Of a stretch of DNA of 64,000 nucleotides, positions 50,190 to 58,596 are shown one piece after another. The notes below the pieces were generated by a model, which saw only the letters and a program-made list of their open reading frames with translations, was not told the origin of the DNA and did no database searches. Made by a program: the position numbers and the translations under genes. How positions within the stretch are numbered: position 1 is the first letter of the stretch; every line of letters begins with the position of its first letter. The stretch is from an uncultured Desulfarculus sp. (GTDB taxonomy: Bacteria; Desulfobacterota; Desulfarculia; Desulfarculales; Desulfarculaceae), in assembly GCA_963665125.2 (NCBI GenBank), contig CAXXUK010000002.1:288001-352000 (forward strand), read 5' to 3'.

Positions 50190-50206
50190 AATCATGGGGC
50201 TAAGGG

Positions 50207-50746
50207 CTAGCAGCTTTCGCCATCACCCATTTGCAAGGCTTTGTACATCGTACCCAGGCTGATCATGCCTGCGCCGTGGACAAGGGCCTCGAAGATGTCT
50301 TTTTCGGACCAGCCCATGGCTTTGAGGTCGCCGATGTCTCCGGCGTTTACTTTTTCCGGGGTTTTGCAGGCCTTGAGCACGAATAAAAGGAGCGCGCGCT
50401 CGTTGTTGGGCAGGGGTGCCTTGGTGGGGTCGGCCAGGATATGGGCAACTTGGTCGTCACTGGTAATGCCCAGGCTCTTGAGCACGCCGGCGTTGAAGGA
50501 TATGCAATACTCAAAGCCCAGCTCCTCGGACACTAGCATGCGGATGAACGCCGTCAGACCCATGCTCAGGGCCGATTGACTGTAATAATAGTGAATGAAA
50601 TGTTTTTGGATAGATTGGAGGCCGGGGCTGAGGGACCACATCTGGAACGGCCGGGGCACCATTCCGGAGGCGCCCAGGAAAAAATCGTAGTTTTCTTTTA
50701 CCTCGCCCGTGGCGGTTTCCACTGGGACTGGCTGCAACAGCGACAT
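50207..50746 (-). CDS. AhpD/carboxymuconolactone decarboxylase-like protein
   Basis: ATGEVKENY, VSE...YC, GWSEKDI patterns typical of peroxidase-related proteins. Confidence 0.72.
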   Translation of the reverse strand: MSLLQPVPVETATGEVKENYDFFLGASGMVPRPFQMWSLSPGLQSIQKHFIHYYYSQSALSMGLTAFIRMLVSEELGFEYCISFNAGVLKSLGITSDDQVAHILADPTKAPLPNNERALLLFVLKACKTPEKVNAGDIGDLKAMGWSEKDIFEALVHGAGMISLGTMYKALQMGDGESC

Positions 50747-50898
50747 GGCATCCTCCTATTATTAGCGGCTTGTGACGATGTTCCAGCTTAGGCTGACCCA
50801 AAGCAGCCGTCAAATTAATTCCGTGTCGCGAAGTAGGTAATCGCCGCCCGAGCGGGCAACTTGGCCGCAACTTGCTGGAACAGCCGCCCAAGACCCGC

Positions 50899-51579
50899 CT
50901 ACCGGGCCAAGCGGCGGGCGATCTTTTCCGAGCGCAACTCCCGCAAAACATCAGAGGCGATCCAGCGGGCGCTGGGGCTGTCGAGAGTCTTCAACTCCTC
51001 GGCGGCGTGGATGGCCGCCGCGTTTAAGGCAAGGTTGCGCTTGCCGATCTGACGCAGGGCCCAGCTTACGGCTTTTTTGACATAGCCCCGCTCGTCCGCG
51101 GCCTGGGCCGTGATGTGGGGCAGCAGCCGGATGAAGTGATAGTCCGGCGCTTTCTTGTCGTGCACGGCAAGGGTGGTCATCAGCACCAGACCGGCCCGCC
51201 GTACGAACTCTTCGGGCCTGCGCGACCACTCCACCGCGATTTCATAGGCCTCGGGGTGCCTGCGGAACAGGTTCATGCAGCAGATATCGCATATATCCCA
51301 CGAATCCATGTCCGTGGCCCAGTCGTCCATAAGGCCGCGCTCCAGCTTTTTGGGCTCGGCCACAAGGCAGGCCAGGAGCCGGGCTTCGTGCACGCCGGTT
51401 TGCCAGAGCTCACCGGCCAGAACGTTGTCCTTGGCCATGCCTTTGGCATAGGCCCGCAGGTCTTTCACCGTAACGCCTAGGGCGCGCCCGGTGTTGATGC
51501 CGAAATGGGCCATCTTGGCCAAATGCTCCGGGGTGGCCATCCCGCGCAGGTCGTTGAGGATGTCTTGGCTGGTGGGCAT
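50899..51579 (-). CDS. DNA alkylation repair protein (AlkD family)
   Basis: LW..G.HEAR, DSWDICD, EFVRR, YVKKAVSWALR motifs. Confidence 0.9.
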   Translation of the reverse strand: MPTSQDILNDLRGMATPEHLAKMAHFGINTGRALGVTVKDLRAYAKGMAKDNVLAGELWQTGVHEARLLACLVAEPKKLERGLMDDWATDMDSWDICDICCMNLFRRHPEAYEIAVEWSRRPEEFVRRAGLVLMTTLAVHDKKAPDYHFIRLLPHITAQAADERGYVKKAVSWALRQIGKRNLALNAAAIHAAEELKTLDSPSARWIASDVLRELRSEKIARRLAR

Positions 51580-51588
51580 TGCTTTGCC

Positions 51589-52383
51589 TTACATATGATG
51601 GGCCTGGCCGATGAGCACCCGCACCAGGGCGGTGATGAAAAAACCCACCAGCATCAGCTTGAAGCCCCGGCTGCTGCCGCAGTCGGCGATGAGCGGCGAT
51701 TTATGCAGGTCATGCAATGTGGCCATGTACAAAAACGTGCCCGCGGCCATGGCTAGGATCACGCCCTTGACCGGCCAGGCCGCCGGACCGGTGATAAACG
51801 AATGCACGTCCCGGCCCACCAGGATGCCCAGGGGCGTGGAGCAGGCAAAGCAGCTGAACAGCAGCAGACTCTGTTTGCGGGTCATGGTGCTGCGGGCCAT
51901 CTTCAGGGCCAGGGCGAATGCCGCCGTGCCCTTGTGGATGATGATGGCCAGGAATATCATCAGGGCGGCGGGCTGTTCGCTGACGCCCAGGGCCGCGCCC
52001 AGGAAAAACGACGGGATGGCGATCATGGTGGTCATTACGATGGGAAACAGCGGCGACGAAAGACCGCTGGCGTCCCGGTCGCGCTCCTGCACGTGCACGG
52101 CCCAGTGCTCCAGCCGCAAGAGCAGGATGAACATGACGATGGCGATGCACGAGGCCAGGGGGAAATTCAGGTTGGGATAGGCCTTGCCCAGCAGGCCGAA
52201 AGCCCCGGGCAGCATGATCAACATGCACAGGGCCAGAAACACGCCCGCGGCAAAGGCCTGGCCGCCGGGGAAACCCTTGGAGTCCCGGGCCCGCTGGGGC
52301 TGCATCAGGGGCAGCCAGCCACCGGCAAAGGTCACGCCCAGAATCACCACGATTGCCAGCCAGTCAAACCAGGTGAGCATCAT
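51589..52383 (-). CDS. ZIP family metal transporter
   Basis: AAGVFL, HKG, AAGTFLY motifs; multiple TMs. Confidence 0.85.
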   Translation of the reverse strand: MMLTWFDWLAIVVILGVTFAGGWLPLMQPQRARDSKGFPGGQAFAAGVFLALCMLIMLPGAFGLLGKAYPNLNFPLASCIAIVMFILLLRLEHWAVHVQERDRDASGLSSPLFPIVMTTMIAIPSFFLGAALGVSEQPAALMIFLAIIIHKGTAAFALALKMARSTMTRKQSLLLFSCFACSTPLGILVGRDVHSFITGPAAWPVKGVILAMAAGTFLYMATLHDLHKSPLIADCGSSRGFKLMLVGFFITALVRVLIGQAHHM

Positions 52384-52439
52384 CTCCGTCCTTGATCAAA
52401 ATGGCCCGCTGCTACAGGCCGGGAGGCTTTTAAACAAAC

Positions 52440-52667
52440 TCATTGGGATTTGGATTCAGAGTCGCTCTTGGCCTTTTCGTCCTTGGTGACCGGGCTTTGG
52501 ACCTTGTAGCCCTCGTCCCGCAGGATATAGCCGCCCGCCGCGCCAGCTCCGCCGGCGATGAGATAACCGCAGCCAAGGCTGGGCAGGGCCAAGGCCGCGG
52601 CAATGGCCAGAATCAGCAAGTGTTTAATTATTGATTTGTTTCCGGGGGCGGCGCTTGATCTGATCAT
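52440..52667 (-). CDS. Small lipoprotein
   Basis: AGGAG RBS, SLGC lipobox, GAGAAGGY motif. Confidence 0.6.
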   Translation of the reverse strand: MIRSSAAPGNKSIIKHLLILAIAAALALPSLGCGYLIAGGAGAAGGYILRDEGYKVQSPVTKDEKAKSDSESKSQ

Positions 52668-52781
52668 GTTTCATCTTCTCCTTGATTAGTCGATGTCTGA
52701 ATCATCGAAGCAAGCCGGATACATATTCTATTTAACACAAATTCGGAGTGGGGCTGAAAACACTTCATTATAAAACATGCC

Positions 52782-52809
52782 TTGACAAAAATAGCCTAGG
52801 CAATAAAAT
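52782..52809 (+). promoter_or_regulatory. Sigma-70 promoter with MarR-like operator
   Basis: TTGACA...TAAAAT overlapping the dyad ATAGCCTAGGCAAT. Confidence 0.6.
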
Positions 52810-52838
52810 ATGCGGCAAACACTTTCGGAGCGGCAGTC

Positions 52839-53306
52839 ATGAGCCCCAAAACAATGCGTTACCCCTATGATCCGGAACAGTCGGCCAGCAACCTGATCCA
52901 CCGCCTGGGCCGCCTGATTCGCCAGGGCGCCGCGCAATACCTGGTCGACCAAGGCGCGGGCGTGACGCCCGAGCAATGGGGCCTTCTGGTCAAGCTGGCG
53001 GCCAGCCTGGGCGCAACCCAGGTCTCCCTGGCCGATCCGCTGCTCAAGGACCACGCCAACATCACCCGGATGCTCGACGGCCTGCAACGCCGGGGGTTGA
53101 TCCGGCGAAGGCCCAACCCCGGCGACCGCCGCAGCCACCATATCCATCTGACCGATGCGGGTCGGGAGTTCGTCGACGATTTGCTGCCCGGCGTCTTGGA
53201 GCAAAAGGCCCGCTGGTTCGAGGGCATGAACCAGGCCCAGCTGGATCAGCTCGTGGAGTTGCTGAAGCTGCTGGAAGCCAATATCCGGGATGCGGACAAT
53301 GACTGA
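52839..53306 (+). CDS. MarR family regulator
   Basis: TPEQW, NITRMLD.L, DRRS..I.LT..G motifs. Confidence 0.92.
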   Translation: MSPKTMRYPYDPEQSASNLIHRLGRLIRQGAAQYLVDQGAGVTPEQWGLLVKLAASLGATQVSLADPLLKDHANITRMLDGLQRRGLIRRRPNPGDRRSHHIHLTDAGREFVDDLLPGVLEQKARWFEGMNQAQLDQLVELLKLLEANIRDADND

Positions 53307-53757
53307 AACTAGGACTCCAAAACCAGCGGCGGACCTTGTGCGGGAATTGGCCCAAAACGGGCGGTCCTGCGCCGAGGCCATGCTGGCGGCCCACGGCCCG
53401 GCCATGGGGCTGGACGAACAAACCGCCGTCAAATTGGCCTCGGGCCTGGGAGGCGGCATGGGTCTGATGGGCGATACGTGCGGTGCGCTGACCGCGGCCT
53501 ATCTGGTCATCGGCCTGTGCTTGGGCGTCAGCGGTCCGGCCGATATGTACGGCAGGCAAAACGTATATCTGCTGGTGCAGGAATGCGCCGAACGCTTTCG
53601 GCAGGCAACGGGCTCCACCCAATGCCGGGACCTGTGCCTGGCCGCCCATGCCGGGGACGAGTCCTGGATGACCAAGGCCCGTCAAAGCGGGCAGGCCTTG
53701 CGGATAATAGAGATTGCCGCCGGGATTCTCGATGACCTGCTGGCGGAAAACGGCTAG
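53299..53757 (+). CDS. C-GCAxxG-C-C family putative redox protein
   Basis: SCAEA, GGGMG, TCGALTA, CRDL motifs. Confidence 0.85.
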   Translation: MTETRTPKPAADLVRELAQNGRSCAEAMLAAHGPAMGLDEQTAVKLASGLGGGMGLMGDTCGALTAAYLVIGLCLGVSGPADMYGRQNVYLLVQECAERFRQATGSTQCRDLCLAAHAGDESWMTKARQSGQALRIIEIAAGILDDLLAENG

Positions 53758-55877
53758 TCGTGCCTGAAAACGCGGACGCGGTTTTTGCCTTCCTCTTTGG
53801 CCTGGTACAGGGCCTGGTCGGCCGCCTGGAGCAAATGGGCCGGGCTTTTGAAATGCTCGTCAAACTCGGACAGGCCCGCGCTCATGGTTATGCTGAAGGA
53901 CTGGCCGCCGGGGGACTGGATCAAGGTTTGTTCCACCTGACAGCGTATACGTTCAACTGTTTGGGCGGCTTCGGCCAAGCCGGTGTGGGGCAGGATCAGG
54001 CAGAACTCCTCTCCGCCGTAGCGGCCGCAGCAGTCTGACTCGCGCACTCCGCTGCACATCACTTCGGCCAGGGCTTTGAGCGTCTGATCGCCTATGTTGT
54101 GGCCAAAGCGGTCGTTGACGCTCTTGAAATCGTCCAGGTCAATCATGCATACGCACAGCGGGGCGCCGTAGCGGCTGCTGCGCTTGAATTCGTCGTTCAA
54201 GATCCGCAACAGTTTGCGCCGGTTGAAGATGCCGGTGAGCTCGTCGGTGACGGCCTGCTCCCTGAGAAGGCTTTCGGCCTGTTTTCGCTTGGTGATGTCC
54301 TGGAAAAAACCCTCAATCAGGGCCTCGCCCCTTACCCGGCGGATGGTGACCGTTGCCGTGATATCCCGGCCGGCGCCTGTCTGGCATTGCGTTTCAAAGG
54401 AAAGCCATCCGCTGAGGCGGGCAATTTTTTGGTAATGGGGTCCCAGCAATAACTCCTTCTGGTTGGGGCCGCCGGGTTGACCCAGAAATGCGATCAATCC
54501 TTCAGCCGAGGCGCAACCCATCATCTGGGCCATGGCCTGGTTGCAATCGGTGAGGCCGCCTTCCAGGTCGCAGTGAAAAATGCCGATGGGCGCGTTACGG
54601 TATATCTCGCGGTAATGCTCCTCGCTGGCCCGCAGTTTCCGGGTGCGTTCCTCCACCAGTTCTTCCAACTGGCTGCGGTAGCCTTTGAGCTCTTCCTCGG
54701 CCTCGATGCGCGGGGAAATATCGCTGCCGATGCCCAGGCCCTGCATCTGGCCCGTTGCTTCATCAACAATGGCCTTGATGTTCCAGGCCACCCAGATGGG
54801 TTGGCCGTCTTTGCAATAGGTTCGCCGCACCAAATAGCGGTATTGCTCGGGGTTGCGGCTGATGTCTCCCAACAGAGACGACATGTCCGCCTCTCCCTGG
54901 GCCACGGAAGCCATGATGGCTCCGGCCAAGGGGCGGCCAAGCAATTCTTGTTTTTTATAGCCCAGGGTGCGCTCGGCGAATTCATTGAAAAAGGTTATGG
55001 TGCCGTCATCGGTCCAGCGGATGACCATGCTGTTGGCGTTTTCCAGCAGTTCGCGGTACCTAGCCTCGCTTTCCCGCAGGGCCTGTTCCACCCTGTCGCG
55101 TTCGACAAAGGTCTTGTCCAACTTTGATTTGCTGATAATCATGGCGTCAAAGACCGGCAGGAAGGGATGGTTCGGATCTATATCCCAATGGAAAGACTCG
55201 CTGGGGGCCTGCCAGTCGATTTCCTTCAGGAATTTGGTGAGGTCTTCGATGTATTTTTGTTGCCTGCCGGCCCTGCCGATGACCTGTAGCGGCCGGATTA
55301 GCCATTGGCGCCAGCCGGTCCTGTTGGCGGGCGCGCCATCGGCCGGGTTGACAGAGAGAGTCGAACCGGAGCGGCCCGGGGCCTTTGGCCGCAGCAAGTC
55401 CTGGGCCCGCAATATGGCGGCTTGGTAGTCGTTTTCGATCCAGGCGCTGAAACTGACGATGCCCATGGCCTGACCCATGCGGATGCTCATTCGTTGCATC
55501 TGGGTCGTATTGAAAAAGACCACGCCCAGCGGGTTCTTCTGCTTGACCATGTCGTCGATGAAATACTTGCGGGCCTGGAATGTCGAGCCCTGGTAATCGC
55601 GCCAATCCTGCAGCACCACAAAGGGTTTTTCCGTGGATATAAACTTGCTTATCAGAATGTTCCCGACATCAACTGACTTTTTCTCGGCTTCATAATCCGA
55701 AAAGCCGTGGCCCTGGTACATGATGATGGAGTCGCCGATTATCGTGTAACTGCACGAGAACGCCTCGCTGCAATAGACGTCGCGCCATTGGGGCTTTTGG
55801 ATGACCGGCAACCCGCTGACCGGGCAATAACCCGTGTGTTCGGTAGTGTCGGGGTTTGTGTCTTTGGCTCGGTTCAA
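53754..55877 (-). CDS. PAS-PAS diguanylate cyclase with uncharacterised N-terminal domain
   Basis: TDELTG, FKSVNDRFGH, RxxD I-site (RESD), GGEEF. Confidence 0.92.
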   Translation of the reverse strand: MNRAKDTNPDTTEHTGYCPVSGLPVIQKPQWRDVYCSEAFSCSYTIIGDSIIMYQGHGFSDYEAEKKSVDVGNILISKFISTEKPFVVLQDWRDYQGSTFQARKYFIDDMVKQKNPLGVVFFNTTQMQRMSIRMGQAMGIVSFSAWIENDYQAAILRAQDLLRPKAPGRSGSTLSVNPADGAPANRTGWRQWLIRPLQVIGRAGRQQKYIEDLTKFLKEIDWQAPSESFHWDIDPNHPFLPVFDAMIISKSKLDKTFVERDRVEQALRESEARYRELLENANSMVIRWTDDGTITFFNEFAERTLGYKKQELLGRPLAGAIMASVAQGEADMSSLLGDISRNPEQYRYLVRRTYCKDGQPIWVAWNIKAIVDEATGQMQGLGIGSDISPRIEAEEELKGYRSQLEELVEERTRKLRASEEHYREIYRNAPIGIFHCDLEGGLTDCNQAMAQMMGCASAEGLIAFLGQPGGPNQKELLLGPHYQKIARLSGWLSFETQCQTGAGRDITATVTIRRVRGEALIEGFFQDITKRKQAESLLREQAVTDELTGIFNRRKLLRILNDEFKRSSRYGAPLCVCMIDLDDFKSVNDRFGHNIGDQTLKALAEVMCSGVRESDCCGRYGGEEFCLILPHTGLAEAAQTVERIRCQVEQTLIQSPGGQSFSITMSAGLSEFDEHFKSPAHLLQAADQALYQAKEEGKNRVRVFRHD

Positions 55878-56104
55878 GGCTTAATTGTCCTGCGAGCGTC
55901 GGTGTGGCGTGCGGTTCCTAATAGATTAATAGCCTTTTTACTGCGGATCGTCAGATTATGCACGTCGTGCAATATTACAATTAAATGTCTATTCGTGGCC
56001 AGTTTTTCCTCCCCGTAATCCGTTCGGTGCCGGAATAGGCGCTGCCGGGCTTACGAATATGCTAAAACATATGAGATATTGTCCGCCGTACTCGGGAGGA
56101 AACA

Positions 56105-56884
56105 ATGGGCCGTGTTATTATCGACCTTTCCGTTGCAATAGAGCATGGACTGCCCAGCGACCCGGAAATGATGATACCCCAGGTGGGATATATTGATCAT
56201 GCCATGGGCGCTGAGCAGATGGAACAATTCTTTCCGGGCCTGAAAAAGCAGGATCTGCCCGGCGGCCTGGGCTGGGCCGTGGAAAGCCTGACGCTGACCA
56301 GCCACAGCGGCACTCACCTGGACGCTCCGTTTCATTACCACCCGTCCATGGACGGCGGCAAACCGTCCCTGACCATCGACGAAGTGCCCCTGGAATGGTG
56401 CTACGGCAACGGCGTTGTCCTAAACTTCAGCGGCAGGCCCGACGGCTACGGCGTCACGGCCGATGATGTCGAGGCCGAACTTTCCCGCATCGGTTATGAT
56501 CTCAAACCGCTGGATATCGTCCTTGTGCGTAGCGGCGCCCCCCGCAACTGGGGCAAGGCCGAATACCTGGTCAGCGGCTGCGGCATGACCCGCCAGTCCA
56601 CCCTCTATTTATTGGAACGTGGCGTGCGGGTGGTGGGCATAGACGCCTGGAGCTGGGACCGGCCCCTGCCGTTCCAGGCCCAGGACTTTGCCAAGACCGG
56701 CGACGCCTCGCTGATCTGGGAGGCCCACTTCGCCGGTATCGAGTGCGGCTATTGCCACATGGAGAAGATGTTCAACCTTGAAGCCATACCCAGGCCTTTC
56801 GGCTTCAAGGTGGCCTGCTTCCCCATCAAGATAAAAAAGGCTTCCGGCGGTTGGTGCCGCCCGGTGGCCATCATCGAAGACTGA
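56105..56884 (+). CDS. Cyclase family metal-dependent hydrolase (kynurenine formamidase-like)
   Basis: HSGTHLDAPFH, VGID, EKMFNL motifs. Confidence 0.92.
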   Translation: MGRVIIDLSVAIEHGLPSDPEMMIPQVGYIDHAMGAEQMEQFFPGLKKQDLPGGLGWAVESLTLTSHSGTHLDAPFHYHPSMDGGKPSLTIDEVPLEWCYGNGVVLNFSGRPDGYGVTADDVEAELSRIGYDLKPLDIVLVRSGAPRNWGKAEYLVSGCGMTRQSTLYLLERGVRVVGIDAWSWDRPLPFQAQDFAKTGDASLIWEAHFAGIECGYCHMEKMFNLEAIPRPFGFKVACFPIKIKKASGGWCRPVAIIED

Positions 56885-56888
56885 GCTA

Positions 56889-58076
56889 TTGAGGTCCGGT
56901 TTGGCAGCTTGGCGCAACAACGGCGGATTATCGTCCTTGCGGGTGGATGTACCGGAAGAGGCCAAGGCCGATCTGCGGCGAAAAATCCTCAACACCAACA
57001 TCCGCAGGCAGCGCTACGTGGCGGTGTTGGGAGTCTGCGCGGCGCTGTTTCTGACCGGCCTGGCCCTTCTGGCGCCCGAGCACTGGTTTGGCCCCAATTA
57101 CTCGTATTGGCGGCCAAGGCTTCTGGCCATGCGCGTTTTCTTGCTTTGCCTGAACATATTTTATTTGGTGATATCCAGCGCCGCGATCCGCAAGAACGCC
57201 ACCGACAGGACAAAGGCGGTTTGCGATTTTATCTTCAGGACCGGTCTTGCGTTGTTCCTGGGCTTCTGGGTGGGCTATTTTTCGCCCCTGATGCATGCCG
57301 CGGCGTTGTTTCTGTTTGGCGTGCTGGTGATGGCCGTGTTTTTGATTTCCACTCCGCTGACCAACATCTTGACCTTTGGCCTTTGCCTGGTTGCCACGAC
57401 CCTGGCCATGTTTTCGCTCAACGGCATGAGCCGGCCCGAGGCCTCCGAGATAATGATCAACGCCTTGGTTGTGACGCTGTTCGCCATGGCCATCGCCCAA
57501 TTTGTTTATATGCGGGAGGTGCGGGATTTCCTGCAACGCAGAACAATCGCCCGGCAAAACCGCAAACTGAAGCGTTATGCCATGATCGACGGCCTGACCG
57601 GCGTGGCCAACCGCAGAAATTTTGACCAGGCCCTGGAACGGGAGTGGAGCCGGGCATTGGTGCAAAAACAGCCCCTGAGCGTAATCATGGCCGATATAGA
57701 CCACTTCAAGGCGTTCAACGACATCTACGGCCACTTGGCCGGGGACGATTGCCTCAAGGCCGTGGCCCAGGCCCTTGATGATTGCCTTTCCCGTGAAGGC
57801 GACCTGTTGGCCCGCTACGGCGGTGAAGAGTTTGCCGTTATTCTGCCGGGCACCCAAGAGGATGGCGCGATGAGCCTGTGCCGCCGCATGAGTAAGGCGG
57901 TTCATAATATGGGCGTCGCCCACCAAGGATCGGACATGGGCAAGTTGACCATAAGCCTGGGCGCGGCCACGCTGATTCCCCGGATCGACAACGCTCCCCA
58001 GAGTCTTGTCGCCGCAGCCGACAAGGCCCTGTATCAGGCCAAGGACCAGGGGCGCGACCGCGCCGCCGCCGCCTGA
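56889..58076 (+). CDS. Multi-TM diguanylate cyclase
   Basis: Several TMs; DGLTG, REGD I-site, GGEEF; start uncertain. Confidence 0.92.
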   Translation: MRSGLAAWRNNGGLSSLRVDVPEEAKADLRRKILNTNIRRQRYVAVLGVCAALFLTGLALLAPEHWFGPNYSYWRPRLLAMRVFLLCLNIFYLVISSAAIRKNATDRTKAVCDFIFRTGLALFLGFWVGYFSPLMHAAALFLFGVLVMAVFLISTPLTNILTFGLCLVATTLAMFSLNGMSRPEASEIMINALVVTLFAMAIAQFVYMREVRDFLQRRTIARQNRKLKRYAMIDGLTGVANRRNFDQALEREWSRALVQKQPLSVIMADIDHFKAFNDIYGHLAGDDCLKAVAQALDDCLSREGDLLARYGGEEFAVILPGTQEDGAMSLCRRMSKAVHNMGVAHQGSDMGKLTISLGAATLIPRIDNAPQSLVAAADKALYQAKDQGRDRAAAA

Positions 58077-58112
58077 AACAACGCAACATCCTGAAATCAC
58101 CGATCGGTCCAG

Positions 58113-58137
58113 AAAAATGGCCCAGACGGCCATTTTT
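58113..58137 (+). terminator. Rho-independent terminator
   Basis: AAAAATGGCC-CAGAC-GGCCATTTTT. Confidence 0.65.
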
Positions 58138-58212
58138 ATCTAATGCTGTCCGCCCAAAATTCCGAAAGATAAGATGACACTGGTCAACCTAATTCCAAGG
58201 AAGGAAACTCCA

Positions 58213-58371
58213 ATGGAAGTCGCATATCTGGCCCTTTCCGTAGCGGGGATGCTTGTGGCGGTGTCCTTGTCCCTCCGGGACGAAAAACGCCGGGACAAGG
58301 AAATTGCCCAATGCCTTGCTGAAATCACGATGGCAAAAGAAAACAACGGTATCAACACCGACAGACGCTAG
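58213..58371 (+). CDS. Possible 52-aa single-TM peptide
   Basis: AAGGA RBS and hydrophobic N-terminus. Confidence 0.4.
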   Translation: MEVAYLALSVAGMLVAVSLSLRDEKRRDKEIAQCLAEITMAKENNGINTDRR

Positions 58372-58596
58372 CCGTCTTCAATCGCCCCGGCCCTCCGCGG
58401 TGCAGTGCTCGGCTACCCAAAAGTCCGAGACCTGTTAGCCGCCTGCGCTGACAAGGAGGGGACCGACCCGGACCGGGGTTGCCGCCCGCCGCGGATACCG
58501 GGGTGTGCCAACACCAAGCCCCTCTGGCCTGGACTGGGGAGTCCAGGCCGGGGGGGCGATCTTTTTAATATAGCCTGTATCGCCGCTAATGCCGAG

